Below, piece by piece: positions 1-10,046 of a stretch of DNA of 64,000 nt. The position numbers were made by a program, and so were the translations under genes. The stretch spans positions 11,308-75,307 of the forward strand of contig JAZNKA010000051.1 of NCBI GenBank assembly GCA_045578305.1, written 5' to 3'. Position 1 is the first letter of the stretch. Each line of letters starts with the position of its first letter. Source of the DNA: Clostridia bacterium. GTDB taxonomy: Bacteria; Bacillota; Clostridia; Monoglobales; Monoglobaceae. The notes below the pieces were generated by a model. That model was given only the letters and a program-made list of their open reading frames with translations, was not told the origin of the DNA and did not search any database.

Positions 1-986
1 GCACAGACAATACCGCGAAGATTTCCCGTGAAAACGGCGCGGTTGTGTGGGAGCGCTTTGATGCTACCAGACGTGGCAAGGGCTATGCAATGGAGTTTGC
101 CTTTGAAAAATTGTTTGAAATGGAAAATTCTTATGAATATATCTGCATATTTGATGCAGACAATCTTGTGAAAAAAGACTTTCTTGTGCATATGAATGAC
201 AAGATAAACGAGGGATACCGAGCAGTTCAGGGTTATCTTGACAGCAAGAACCCAACAGACAACTGGCTGACATTTGCATATTCGATGTGGTATTGGATAA
301 ACAATCGTTTGTCACAGCTTGCGAGAGGAAATATGGATTTGGGTTGCCGTCTTGGAGGAACAGGATTTGCCGTTTCCTCGGAATTAATAAAAAAATATGG
401 TTGGGGTGCTACCTGCCTTGCCGAAGATACCGAGTTTACACTCAAGCTTATGCTTAACGATATAAAAGTGGGCTGGGCACATGATGCTGTGGTTTATGAC
501 GAGAAACCGCTCCGGTTTGATACTTCAATTCATCAGCGAAAGCGTTGGATGCAAGGACTTTCTGAGGTTGCAAGCAGATATGTAAAACCACTTGCAAAAA
601 AAGGATTTTTCAAAAAATCTCCGTCAGCTCTTCATATGCTTATGAATTTTTGGGGAGATACTCTTTATCCGCTTGCATTGGGGTTTTTTTGGGTAGTTTA
701 TTTGCTGGGGATTTTTCTTGAAAAGTCGACAGGCCTTTATGCAGCAGTTTGCGAATTTTGGAACACACCGCTCAGGATGCTTGCCCTTTCGATATTTGTA
801 TGGGGAAATATTGTTCTCATTATTGCCGGACTTTATAATGACCAAAAGCTTGACAAGAACATAATGAAAAATTCCCCCGGATTTTTGATATATATAATAT
901 CGTGGATTCCTGTCGCTGTGATGGGATTTTTGAAACGAAATGAAAAAGAGTGGTTTCATACTCCTCATTCGAAAAAAGATAATTGA
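1..986 (+). CDS. Family 2 glycosyltransferase (processive type, C-terminal membrane helices); 5' end lies outside the window
   Basis: Frame is open from base 3 (TDNTAKISRENGAVVWER precedes the listed Met). Has FDADN and QRKRW (QxxRW) motifs and hydrophobic C-terminal helices. Confidence 0.8.
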   Translation, partial: TDNTAKISRENGAVVWERFDATRRGKGYAMEFAFEKLFEMENSYEYICIFDADNLVKKDFLVHMNDKINEGYRAVQGYLDSKNPTDNWLTFAYSMWYWINNRLSQLARGNMDLGCRLGGTGFAVSSELIKKYGWGATCLAEDTEFTLKLMLNDIKVGWAHDAVVYDEKPLRFDTSIHQRKRWMQGLSEVASRYVKPLAKKGFFKKSPSALHMLMNFWGDTLYPLALGFFWVVYLLGIFLEKSTGLYAAVCEFWNTPLRMLALSIFVWGNIVLIIAGLYNDQKLDKNIMKNSPGFLIYIISWIPVAVMGFLKRNEKEWFHTPHSKKDN

Positions 987-1003
987 AAGAAGGACTACAG
1001 ACT

Positions 1004-1519
1004 ATGAACGATATTTTTGTTGAAGAAATAGTAAAAAAAGAAAATACTGCAGTTGACAAACTGGCGGTGTTTGGTATGGTTTTGCTGAGCGTGCTGCTTT
1101 CGGTGATTTTGTTTTTTATATCGGCACTCATACCGCAGTTTTCATCAATTTTGATTGTGTTGATAGCGGCGGTTGTGTATTTTACTTATATCCTGTCGGC
1201 AAACTTCAATCTTGAATATGAATATGCGCTTGTTAATTCCGAAATAGACGTTGACAAGATTGCAGCGAAAAGACGCAGAAAAAAGATAACAACCGTAAAC
1301 CTCAGAAGACTGGACTTTTTTGGCAAAAGTACAGGTGCGGACTTTGAAAAATGCCTTAAGGATGTAAGCGTCAAAAAGGTGTTTGCGTGCAGGCGAAAGA
1401 AGTCGGAAGATAATTATTTTTTGGTTTACAGCGAGGATGCAACCAGGAAAATGCTTGTATTTTCACCAAGTGACAAGATAATTTCGGTGATTGAAAAACT
1501 CAATCCCAAAAGGTATTGA
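1004..1519 (+). CDS. Small membrane protein of unknown function (two TM helices, then a basic KRRRKK segment; resembles DUF6106-type proteins)
   Basis: ORF 983-1519. ATG at 1004 is preferred over the TTG at 983 and follows AAGAAGGA. Hydrophobic N-terminal half and YEYALVNSEIDVDKI motif. Confidence 0.6.
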   Translation: MNDIFVEEIVKKENTAVDKLAVFGMVLLSVLLSVILFFISALIPQFSSILIVLIAAVVYFTYILSANFNLEYEYALVNSEIDVDKIAAKRRRKKITTVNLRRLDFFGKSTGADFEKCLKDVSVKKVFACRRKKSEDNYFLVYSEDATRKMLVFSPSDKIISVIEKLNPKRY

Positions 1520-1521
1520 TA

Positions 1522-2736
1522 ATGACAAATTGCGGAGTAGATATAGTTGAAATCTCGCGGATAGACTCAGCGATAAAGAAAAACAATAATTTTTTGAAAA
1601 GAGTCTTTTCTGCGGCAGAAATTGAATATTATAATAAAAAAAGTAACGGAGTCGAATCCCTTGCCGGTTTTTTTGCAGCAAAGGAAGCGTTTGCCAAATA
1701 TTTGGGCACAGGTGTTTCAGACTTCAATCTTTCGGATGTTTCGGTTGAACACAGTGTTGAGGGTGCGCCGTTTATTGTGTTCAAAGGAGAAAAACAGGAT
1801 GTTTCGCTTAGCATATCCCACGACAAAACTGTTGCAGTTGCAGTGGTGTGTGGCGAGATGTGTCAAAAAAAACTTCCACTTAGAGCAGAAATGAAAAAGC
1901 TTTTGCCCAAACGGCCTGAGGACTCAAACAAAGGCGATTTTGGCAAAGTGTTGGTCATTGCCGGCAGCAAAGGTATGACGGGCGCGGCTGCGCTTTCGTC
2001 ATATTCGGCACTAAGGAGCGGTGCAGGGCTTGTCACTTTGGCAACAGCTGAGACCGAAAGACCGATTGCGGCAAGTTTTTTCCCCGAGATTATGACCGCA
2101 GGACTTTCTTCAAAAGACGGTATTATTTGCACCGATGCACTTGGGGAGATATTTAAGCTTTCAAAGGACAAAAATGTGATAGTTTTTGGACCGGGCATCG
2201 GCAAGTGTGCTGATGTTGGACTTATCCTTGCAGAAATTTTAAAAAATCATACCGGTGTGTTGATTGTTGACGCAGATGGTCTAAATGCACTCAGCAAAAA
2301 TATGAATATGCTCAGGGAAAAAAGTTGTGATGTAATTCTTACACCGCATCCGGGCGAAATGTCAAGACTTTGCAACTTGACCACAAAAGAGATACAACAA
2401 AAAAGAATTGAAATTGCCAAAAATCTTGCGGAAGAATACGACGTTTGCGTTGTCTTGAAAGGGAATAAAACTGTTGTCTCGGCAAAAGGAAGGACTTCTT
2501 TTGTGAACCCGACCGGAAATTCGGGAATGGCAACAGCGGGAACAGGCGATGTTCTTGCAGGAGTTATTGCGGGATTTGCTGCTCAAGGTTTAAAGTCATT
2601 TGATTCCGCAAAACTTGGGGTTTATATTCACGGAGCGGCAGGCGACATTGCAAAAGAAAGCAAAGGTACATTTGGAATGATTGCTTCGGATGTCGCAAAA
2701 AGCATCCCCGAGGCGATTTTAAGAGTAGAAAAATAA
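1522..2736 (+). CDS. Fusion protein: holo-ACP synthase (AcpS) N-domain plus ADP-dependent NAD(P)H-hydrate dehydratase (YjeF_C/NnrD) C-domain
   Basis: N-terminus GVDIVEISRI...FAAKEAFAKYLGTG is AcpS-like. KGDFGKVLVIAGSKGMTGAAALS...GNSGMATAGTGDVLAG is the carbohydrate-kinase-like YjeF_C domain. The ATG overlaps the upstream stop. Confidence 0.85.
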   Translation: MTNCGVDIVEISRIDSAIKKNNNFLKRVFSAAEIEYYNKKSNGVESLAGFFAAKEAFAKYLGTGVSDFNLSDVSVEHSVEGAPFIVFKGEKQDVSLSISHDKTVAVAVVCGEMCQKKLPLRAEMKKLLPKRPEDSNKGDFGKVLVIAGSKGMTGAAALSSYSALRSGAGLVTLATAETERPIAASFFPEIMTAGLSSKDGIICTDALGEIFKLSKDKNVIVFGPGIGKCADVGLILAEILKNHTGVLIVDADGLNALSKNMNMLREKSCDVILTPHPGEMSRLCNLTTKEIQQKRIEIAKNLAEEYDVCVVLKGNKTVVSAKGRTSFVNPTGNSGMATAGTGDVLAGVIAGFAAQGLKSFDSAKLGVYIHGAAGDIAKESKGTFGMIASDVAKSIPEAILRVEK

Positions 2737-2760
2737 TAAAATTTCATCAGGAGAGGATTT

Positions 2761-3378
2761 ATGAAAAAAAGTATAGTAGCGGTACTTGCCGCTGTTGTAC
2801 TTATGATAAATCTTGCAGGCTGCGGCAAAAAGTCTCAGCATGATATATACAAAGAGATATACTCAAGATACAACGGAATGCAGTCTTTTTATGCAGAGGT
2901 CAGCATAACCGTCCAAAACGAAAAAATGTCAAGCGAATATATCGCAAGACAGTTTTATGAGGCACCTGACAAATTTTCGGTGGTTGTTGACTCTCCCGAG
3001 GAGGTTGCAGGAAGCGGATATACTGCAAAAGAGGGCAAATACACCTTGAAGTCAGGATTTGGTGACGAAAAGGTTTTGGACATAGTGTTCCCAAATGAGA
3101 AAAACACTATATTTGTTTGCGATTTTTTTGAGGAATATTACAAAAGTGAAGAAACTTTTCTCAAGACAAGCGGTGGAATAGCAGAGAATACGACCACCCT
3201 CAGCTGTTATCTTGGCGGAGGTAATCCAAAAAGATTTATGCAGAGCCTTGAGGTTGACAACAAAACATATTTGCCACTCAAACTAACAACATATGATATT
3301 GACAAAAAACCTGTGGTTGTTGTCAAATTTTGCAATTTTATACGAAATGCAAAGCCTGACCAAAGGTTTTTTGATTAA
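2761..3378 (+). CDS. Lipoprotein, YdcC/LolA-like fold suspected
   Basis: Signal peptide with lipobox LAGC. Sits between acpS and alr, as ydcC does in B. subtilis. SD GGAGAGGA. Confidence 0.65.
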   Translation: MKKSIVAVLAAVVLMINLAGCGKKSQHDIYKEIYSRYNGMQSFYAEVSITVQNEKMSSEYIARQFYEAPDKFSVVVDSPEEVAGSGYTAKEGKYTLKSGFGDEKVLDIVFPNEKNTIFVCDFFEEYYKSEETFLKTSGGIAENTTTLSCYLGGGNPKRFMQSLEVDNKTYLPLKLTTYDIDKKPVVVVKFCNFIRNAKPDQRFFD

Positions 3379-3393
3379 AAAGAGGAGTAAAAA

Positions 3394-4590
3394 ATGGATA
3401 ATACTCAAAGAGCATGGGTCGAGATAAACCTTGACAGTCTTGCCAAAAATGTAATCGAAATTAAAAAGTGCCTTAAACCCGGAGTCAATCTTATGGGGGT
3501 TATAAAAGCCAATGCCTATGGACATGGTGTTTGTGAATCTGCAAAAATCATTCTGGAAAATGGTGTCGACCAATTGGCAGTCGCTTTTGTTGACGAAGCT
3601 ATTGAACTTCGCAAGGCTGGATTTTCGGTGCCTATTTTGATACTTGGGAACTCTCCTTTTGAGGTTATTGATGATTTGATAGAATATGACATCACGCCTG
3701 CGGTTTTCAGCATAGATTTTGCCGAGGAATTGTCAAAACGGGCAAAAAGCGCAGGCAAGACCGTAAAAGTTCACATAAAAGTTGATACTGGTATGCATCG
3801 CATAGGTTTTTTATATGACGGAAATATTTTGGAACAAGAAAAGACAATTGAAAAAATAACAAGAATTTCAATGCTTCCCAACATAGAGATTGAAGGGATA
3901 TTTTCGCATCTTGCGACATCGGACGAGGAAGACGAAATCTACACCCGCAAACAGTTTGGACTTTTTAATGAGTTGACTCAAATTCTTTCGGATAAAGGAG
4001 TGAACATTCCAATAAAGCACATTGCAAACAGTGCAGCACTTGTAAGATTTCCAGAGATGCAGCTTGATATGGTGCGTGCAGGACTTGTGATGTATGGAAT
4101 GTTCCCGTCAAAAACGGTAAGTCGCTCGGGACTCAGTTTAAAACCCATAATGACATTCAAGACAAGGATTACCAGCTTGAACGAATTGGATGAAGGAGTA
4201 TCCATAAGCTATGGAAGACAGTACACAACCCAAGACAAGATGAAGGTTGCAACAATCGCTGTCGGTTATGCAGACGGATATTCAAGGCTTCTTTCAGGGA
4301 AGGTAAATGTTTTGGTAAACGGAGCTTATGCAAAACAATTAGGAAGAATTTGTATGGATCAATGTATGATTGATGTAACAAATGTTAATAATATAAACAT
4401 CGGTGACGAGGTTATCCTGTTTGGTGGCGACGAGAGCGGAATCATACCGATTGAAGAAGTTGCAGAGCAAATGGGAACAATCAATTACGAGATTGCGTGT
4501 CTGGTTGACAGGCGCATTCCCCGTGTTTATATTATCGACGGCAAGCCGACAAAGAGTTTGAACTATCTTTGTGACGAAAAAGGCGAGTAA
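3394..4590 (+). CDS. alr: Alanine racemase
   Basis: PLP-lysine motif VIKANAYGHG. Full-length alignment-like features (SHLATSDE, YGMFPS, GRICMDQCMIDV). SD AGAGGAG. Confidence 0.95.
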   Translation: MDNTQRAWVEINLDSLAKNVIEIKKCLKPGVNLMGVIKANAYGHGVCESAKIILENGVDQLAVAFVDEAIELRKAGFSVPILILGNSPFEVIDDLIEYDITPAVFSIDFAEELSKRAKSAGKTVKVHIKVDTGMHRIGFLYDGNILEQEKTIEKITRISMLPNIEIEGIFSHLATSDEEDEIYTRKQFGLFNELTQILSDKGVNIPIKHIANSAALVRFPEMQLDMVRAGLVMYGMFPSKTVSRSGLSLKPIMTFKTRITSLNELDEGVSISYGRQYTTQDKMKVATIAVGYADGYSRLLSGKVNVLVNGAYAKQLGRICMDQCMIDVTNVNNINIGDEVILFGGDESGIIPIEEVAEQMGTINYEIACLVDRRIPRVYIIDGKPTKSLNYLCDEKGE

Positions 4591-4678
4591 ATACTACATA
4601 AGAAAAATCTGGTATTTGCATTAGCCAAAACGAAGGCACTTACGTAAGATGTATTAGATTAAGAAACGGGGGAAGGTT

Positions 4679-4864
4679 ATGAGTTTTAGCGGATTAAAAG
4701 AAAAACCGCAAAAAACAGCCGAAGAGGTTCTTAAGGAGCAGCTTAAAACAGGCTATCGTAATATGTCCCTGATTAATCTGAGTTTGGCGGAGGATGCAGT
4801 GCAGTCTGATAATGATGCGCTTTCCCTCGCAGAACAAAACTTGCGGAGTGTGAAGAATAAGTGA
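4679..4864 (+). CDS. mazE: Type II antitoxin MazE (short staphylococcal type)
   Basis: [20 protein letters not shown] matches the [20 protein letters not shown] core of S. aureus MazE. Strong SD GGGGGAAGG. The stop overlaps the mazF start. Confidence 0.8.
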   Translation: MSFSGLKEKPQKTAEEVLKEQLKTGYRNMSLINLSLAEDAVQSDNDALSLAEQNLRSVKNK

Positions 4865-5205
4865 TAGTAAAAAGAGGCGACATTTATTATGCAGATTTAA
4901 GTCCGGTGGTGGGCTCGGAGCAAGGTGGGATAAGACCTGTTCTTATTATCCAGAACGACATAGGCAACAAATACAGTCCCACAGTGATTGCAACAGCAAT
5001 TACTTCACAAATAAACAAAGCAAAAATGCCTACACATATCGAGCTTGATGCACACGAATACGGACTTTCAAAGGATTCGGTAGTTTTGGCCGAGCAAATC
5101 AGAACAATTGACAAGCAAAGATTAAAAGAAAAAATAGGGCATCTTGATGAAAAACTGATGAGTCAGGTCAACGAGGCCCTTGAGATAAGCTTTGGACTTT
5201 TATAA
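4861..5205 (+). CDS. mazF: Type II toxin endoribonuclease MazF/EndoA (PemK family)
   Basis: [41 protein letters not shown] is near-identical in pattern to B. subtilis EndoA. GTG start overlaps the mazE stop (GTGA). Confidence 0.95.
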   Translation: MIVKRGDIYYADLSPVVGSEQGGIRPVLIIQNDIGNKYSPTVIATAITSQINKAKMPTHIELDAHEYGLSKDSVVLAEQIRTIDKQRLKEKIGHLDEKLMSQVNEALEISFGLL

Positions 5206-5236
5206 AAAAGCCATATAAAAAACAGGGGTGGTACTT

Positions 5237-5710
5237 ATGAAAAAAAATAAAGGCAAATTCAGGATTGTGGCATTGGTGTTGTGTGTGCTGTCGATGTTTA
5301 CGGTAGTTCTTGCCGAGCCGGGAAGCACAGACGACCCGCTTGTTTCAAAAGCATACATTGATACTGTGCTTATTCCTGAGATAAAGCAGTTTGTAGAAAA
5401 CAAAATAGGGGAAGTCAATGCAGGCGGAGGCGGAGCTGTGTCAGGCGACACCTTTAAAGTTGTCGAGGTTGCTGCAGGCCAGGAAATGGTTTGTTCGGCA
5501 GGGACCGAGCTTATCCTCAGAATGGGAAAAGCAAATATAATCGCGACAGAAAAGGGCGGACTTGCAGACACCACAGCCGGATTTGACTTGCAAAACGGGA
5601 CTTCAATGCCGGCAAACCATTTGCTTATTGTTCCGGTAGCGGACGGCAGAGGAATAAAGGCGACCGAAAAAGTTCTTGTGATGGTAAAAGGCGGATATGA
5701 AATAAAATAA
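5237..5710 (+). CDS. Secreted protein of unknown function
   Basis: Signal peptide (KKNKGKFRIVALVLCVLSMFTVVLA/EP). ATG at 5237 follows AGGGGTGG. Gly-rich stretch and no motif I recognise. Confidence 0.6.
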   Translation: MKKNKGKFRIVALVLCVLSMFTVVLAEPGSTDDPLVSKAYIDTVLIPEIKQFVENKIGEVNAGGGGAVSGDTFKVVEVAAGQEMVCSAGTELILRMGKANIIATEKGGLADTTAGFDLQNGTSMPANHLLIVPVADGRGIKATEKVLVMVKGGYEIK

Positions 5711-5714
5711 CAAC

Positions 5715-5747
5715 AAAAAAGCATCGCAGAAATGCGATGCTTTTTTT
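5715..5747. terminator. Bidirectional intrinsic terminator between convergent genes
   Basis: GCATCGCA-gaaa-TGCGATGC stem, with an A-run on the 5' side and a T7 run on the 3' side. Confidence 0.85.
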
Positions 5748-6600
5748 ATGCTATATATACCAGTTTTGTCAGTTTTTTTAATTCTTTTGCGGCCGTTTCG
5801 GCGTCTTCGCGGGATTTGTAAACCCCAAACACAGTTGAGCCGCTGCCACTCATAAGTGAATAAATTGCTCCGTGATTGTTCATTATTTGTTTATATTCAT
5901 CAATATCGGAGTATTCTTTTGTCACGACAGTCTCAAGGACATTGCCGGCGACGCTGCCAAGTTTGTCAAAATCATTTTGTTTGATTGCCGAAATTGCAGC
6001 ATCAATATCTGGATGATTGCAAACTTTTTCAATCTCAAGATTTTTGTATACATAGGGGGTTGAAATTCCGTATTTTGGTTTTGCCAGCAAAAAGACAGCA
6101 TTTTCAAGCGCCGGAAGAGGCGAGAGAATTTCACCTATGCCCTCGGCAAGCATACACCCACCATAAATAAAAAACGGAACATCGGCACCGATTGTTTTTG
6201 CAAGATCTGAAAGAGCTGACTTTGTAAATGGTGAGCCAAACAAAGTATTCAGCGCTAAAAGCGTCCCTGCAGCATCGGTTGACCCTCCGCCAAGACCTGC
6301 ACCTACCGGAATGTTCTTTTGAATTTTGATATTTACCCTTGCGCAAATTTTGGCCTTTTCCAAAAACAGTTTTGCAGATTTAAAACAAAGGTTTCTTTCG
6401 TCAACCGGCAGAAACTTAAGATTTGAAGAAAGGGTAATTCCTGTAACGGGCGAAGGATATGCGGTTACTGTAAGCGTGTCAAAAAGTTTTATTGTGTGCA
6501 TAATCATCCTGAGGTTGTGGTAGCCATCCTCGCGGCGGTTAACTACATCAAGTGAAAGATTTACCTTTGCAGGACATTTGATAACTAAAGGTTTTTTCAT
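5746..6600 (-). CDS. ispE: 4-diphosphocytidyl-2-C-methyl-D-erythritol kinase
   Basis: KINLSLDV and PVGAGLGGGSTDAA (GHMP kinase) motifs. ATG at 6600 follows AGGTG. Confidence 0.93.
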   Translation of the reverse strand: MKKPLVIKCPAKVNLSLDVVNRREDGYHNLRMIMHTIKLFDTLTVTAYPSPVTGITLSSNLKFLPVDERNLCFKSAKLFLEKAKICARVNIKIQKNIPVGAGLGGGSTDAAGTLLALNTLFGSPFTKSALSDLAKTIGADVPFFIYGGCMLAEGIGEILSPLPALENAVFLLAKPKYGISTPYVYKNLEIEKVCNHPDIDAAISAIKQNDFDKLGSVAGNVLETVVTKEYSDIDEYKQIMNNHGAIYSLMSGSGSTVFGVYKSREDAETAAKELKKLTKLVYIA

Positions 6601-6628
6601 AATAAGCACCTGTTTGTATATTTTTAAA

Positions 6629-7972
6629 CTATTCCTTGCCCAATCGTTTCAACGAGAAAATTGTCATTGTTGAGGCCAATGCAGCAGAAATTAAATCGGA
6701 AATCGGTTGAGCATAAAAAATCCCGTCAAGGCCAAAAAAGTGTGACATAATAAAAAGTGTAGGCAAAAGAAACAGACATTGCCTTGAAAGACCCATAAAA
6801 GCAGCTGTTTTTGGCTTGTTTGTGTATTGAAAGTAATTTGAGTATATAACCTGTGCACCGACAATCGGCAAAGCAAGAGAGTTTGTCGTAAGGGCTTGCT
6901 TGCCAAGCTTGATAAGCGCGGGTGAAGAGTTGAATGCACGAACAATTTGTTCGGGGAAAAGGCGTATAAAAAAAGAGCCTATTACAACGATAACAGTTGC
7001 CGAAATTACACCATAATTCATAGCTTTTCGCACACGGTCATATTTTTTTGCCCCATAGTTGTAGCCAACAATTGGCTGGACACCTTGGTTTATACCAAAA
7101 ATCGGCATTATTGCAATTGTCATTGCGCTGTTGTAAACTGAGAAAGCAGATACTGCAATATCCCCGCCGTATTTCATAAGAAGATTGTTGTATGTTATAT
7201 TTACACTTGCCATAGCAAGCTGAACTAAAGCTGGCGACAAACCGATAAATGCAATCTTTGACATAAGACCAAAGTCCATACGAAAATTGCGGAAATTGAG
7301 TCGGAGATTACTTTTTTTAGTGAAATAAAACAACACCCAGACCATTGTGGCAAGCTGTCCCATAACGGTTGCTATTGCGACGCCCTTGACGCCAAATGGA
7401 AATACGATGGTCAAAAGCCAGTCAAAAATAATGTTTGTGATTGCACCTGCAAGCATAGAAATCATTGCCATTTTGGGATTTCCGTCCGAACGGATTATTG
7501 CATTAAGTGAAAAACCTATCCCCTGAAATGCCGAGCCTGCAAGAACAATGCTCATATATTGGCAGGCATAGTCCATAATCTGTCCGTCGGGAGTGCCGAA
7601 AAGACGGAGGAGGGGCTTTAAGAATATGTATCCCAGAATGGAAACTATAACTTCGGATACACCCGAAAAAAAGCATACATTGGAGAGTATGCGCTCAGCT
7701 TTTTCGCGGTTTCCTTCGCCAAGGCTGATTGCAACAAGAGATGTGCCGCCAAGCCCTGCAAGCATTGCGACCGCCATAATTGCGGTCATAAACGGAAAAG
7801 CAAAGGACAAGGCAGCAAGTGCCTTGTCACCTACTGCCTGACCTACAAAAATTCTGTCAACTATGTTGTATATGGCATTTACAACCATACCCACAATTGC
7901 CGGAGCAGAAAAGCTCCAAAGCAGTTTTGCTATTGAGTCTTCGCCAAGTCTTTTTGTATTATCTTTCATCAA
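6629..7972 (-). CDS. MATE family efflux transporter
   Basis: About 12 TM helices. N-terminus LWSFSAPAIVGMVVNAIYNIVDRIFVGQ is typical of MATE/NorM proteins. Confidence 0.9.
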   Translation of the reverse strand: MMKDNTKRLGEDSIAKLLWSFSAPAIVGMVVNAIYNIVDRIFVGQAVGDKALAALSFAFPFMTAIMAVAMLAGLGGTSLVAISLGEGNREKAERILSNVCFFSGVSEVIVSILGYIFLKPLLRLFGTPDGQIMDYACQYMSIVLAGSAFQGIGFSLNAIIRSDGNPKMAMISMLAGAITNIIFDWLLTIVFPFGVKGVAIATVMGQLATMVWVLFYFTKKSNLRLNFRNFRMDFGLMSKIAFIGLSPALVQLAMASVNITYNNLLMKYGGDIAVSAFSVYNSAMTIAIMPIFGINQGVQPIVGYNYGAKKYDRVRKAMNYGVISATVIVVIGSFFIRLFPEQIVRAFNSSPALIKLGKQALTTNSLALPIVGAQVIYSNYFQYTNKPKTAAFMGLSRQCLFLLPTLFIMSHFFGLDGIFYAQPISDLISAALASTMTIFSLKRLGKE

Positions 7973-7974
7973 AA

Positions 7975-9837
7975 TTATTCCTTATCTTGAGTGTCAGCTG
8001 TTTCAGCTTCATTTTCAGTATTGTTATTTGTGTTGTTAAAAAGTGCCTCAAATTCGTCGGCATCAACTTTTTCTTTTTCAAGAAGAAGATTTGCTGTTGC
8101 ACGAACCTTATCCTCTTGCTCTGCAAGGATTTTGCGACATTTTGAATAAGCCGAGTCAATGATGTTTTTGATTTCTTCATCGATTTTTGCAGCAATTGCT
8201 TCGCTGTAGTCCTTTGTATGACCAAAATCTCTGCCGATAAATACTTCGTCATTGCTGCTGCCAAAGGTGCGTGTTCCCAAGGCATCGCTCATACCATATT
8301 TAACCACCATATTCTTTGCAATCGCAGTTGCACGTTCGATATCATTTGAAGCACCTGTACTGATATCGTCAAGGAACAACTGCTCGGCAACTCTGCCGCC
8401 GAGGAGAGATACAATTTCTTCAGCCATTTCGGTTTTTGAGGTGTAGGATGCGTCTTCTTTGGGAAGAGAAAGTGTATATCCGCCTGCTCTGCCTCTTGGA
8501 ATGATTGAAATCTGATGAACTCTGTCCTGAGTGGGAAGCATCTTTGAAACAACCGCGTGGCCTGCCTCGTGGAAGGCTGTGAGTTTGCGCTCTTTTTCGG
8601 TCACAACACGTGTTTTCTTTTCGGGGCCTGCAATAACTTTCATAATGGACTCTTCAAGGTCAAACATTGTGATTTCTTTTTGATTATGCTTTGCCGCACG
8701 AAGAGCCGCTTCATTCACAAGGTTTTCGAGGTCTGCACCGGTAAATCCAACAGTTGTTTTTGCCAATACATCAAGGCGTACATCGGCACTCAAAGGCTTG
8801 CCTTTGGTGTGAACTTTAAGAATTTCTTCACGACCCTTTACATCGGGAGCATCAACAAGCACCTGACGGTCAAAACGACCGGGACGGAGAAGTGCGCTGT
8901 CCAAAATATCGGGACGGTTTGTTGCCGCTATTACAATTACGCCTTCGTTGAGAGTAAAGCCGTCCATCTCGACAAGCAACTGGTTGAGGGTTTGCTCACG
9001 CTCGTCGTGGCCTCCGCCAAGACCTGCGCCTCTTTGTCTGCCGACTGCATCAATTTCGTCAATAAAGATTATGCAGGGCGAGTTCTTTTTTGCGTGTTCA
9101 AAAAGGTCACGAACACGCGATGCACCAACACCGACAAACATTTCCACAAAGTCAGAACCCGAGATTGAGAAGAAGGGAACTCCCGCCTCGCCTGCAACTG
9201 CTTTGGCAAGCAGGGTTTTACCTGTTCCCGGAGGTCCGACAAGCAAGAAACCCTTGGGAATTCTTGCACCAAGCTCGCGGAATTTTTGAGGATTTTTGAG
9301 AAAGTCTACGATTTCGCGCAGCTCCTCTTTTTCTTCGTCTTCACCAGCAACATCGTCAAAGGTCTTTTTGTTTTTCTCGTCATTAACCATTTTTGCCCGG
9401 CTTTTGCCAAATGCCATGGCACCGCCAGGACCGCCGCCCTGGGATTGCTTCATAAAAATAACCCAGAACACAATCATAATAACAATAAGTCCAAGTGATG
9501 GCAAAAAGCTGAGCCACCAAGGTGGAGAAGCAGGTTCGGGAGTATCAACTCTAAGGGTTCCTGCTGCGACCTGACGCTCTATATCCTCACCTACACTTGC
9601 ATAAAGTGCGCCGTAGCCGGGAGTTGCAACGGATATTTTTGTGTTGTCATTAAGAGTAGCAATTGCGTCAATGTCCGAGATTTGAAGCTCCTTGACCTGA
9701 CCGCTGCGAATCATATTGAGAAGATCCGAATAAATGTAAGTTGTTGTGGTTTGGGGCATAGAGGTAAGTACGAATATAGTTATTATCATCAAAAACAAAA
9801 CCAGATAAAATCCAAGCCCACGCAAATATTTTTTCAA
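7975..9837 (-). CDS. ftsH: ATP-dependent zinc metalloprotease FtsH
   Basis: Walker [19 protein letters not shown], Zn motif HEAGHA, two N-terminal TM helices. Confidence 0.97.
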   Translation of the reverse strand: MKKYLRGLGFYLVLFLMIITIFVLTSMPQTTTTYIYSDLLNMIRSGQVKELQISDIDAIATLNDNTKISVATPGYGALYASVGEDIERQVAAGTLRVDTPEPASPPWWLSFLPSLGLIVIMIVFWVIFMKQSQGGGPGGAMAFGKSRAKMVNDEKNKKTFDDVAGEDEEKEELREIVDFLKNPQKFRELGARIPKGFLLVGPPGTGKTLLAKAVAGEAGVPFFSISGSDFVEMFVGVGASRVRDLFEHAKKNSPCIIFIDEIDAVGRQRGAGLGGGHDEREQTLNQLLVEMDGFTLNEGVIVIAATNRPDILDSALLRPGRFDRQVLVDAPDVKGREEILKVHTKGKPLSADVRLDVLAKTTVGFTGADLENLVNEAALRAAKHNQKEITMFDLEESIMKVIAGPEKKTRVVTEKERKLTAFHEAGHAVVSKMLPTQDRVHQISIIPRGRAGGYTLSLPKEDASYTSKTEMAEEIVSLLGGRVAEQLFLDDISTGASNDIERATAIAKNMVVKYGMSDALGTRTFGSSNDEVFIGRDFGHTKDYSEAIAAKIDEEIKNIIDSAYSKCRKILAEQEDKVRATANLLLEKEKVDADEFEALFNNTNNNTENEAETADTQDKE

Positions 9838-9982
9838 TTTAATGCCTCCGTTTTCGGTTAAATTTTCAACTCCGCTGAGAAAGCGGAAATATTTCCAAAT
9901 ATATACTATTTATACTATCACAAAAACAAATTAAAAACAATAGCAAAAGAAAAAAATTCATAAAATTGCAACATTCTTAGTA

Positions 9983-10011
9983 TTGACAAAACAATGCGGA
10001 AGAATTACAAT
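9983..10011 (+). promoter_or_regulatory. Sigma-A-type promoter upstream of the cyclophilin pair
   Basis: TTGACA, 17 nt spacer, TACAAT. Confidence 0.5.
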
Positions 10012-10046
10012 ATTTTTAGCAAAAGATGAAAGGATTGCAGAGAATT

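Noticed and set aside
4679-4864. MazE looked truncated compared with the 93-aa B. subtilis EndoAI
   Set aside because: It aligns over its full length with the naturally short S. aureus-type MazE, so it is not a pseudogene.
5200-5724. 174-codon ORF antisense to the secreted-protein gene
   Set aside because: It mirrors the sense gene almost exactly. It has no SD, its composition is low-complexity and Pro/Ser/Thr-rich, and the sense strand has the signal peptide, SD and terminator.
8557-9289. Long ORFs (203 and 113 codons) antisense to ftsH
   Set aside because: They lie inside a highly conserved, unambiguous ftsH coding region. They have no start context and a Cys/Phe-rich nonsense composition.
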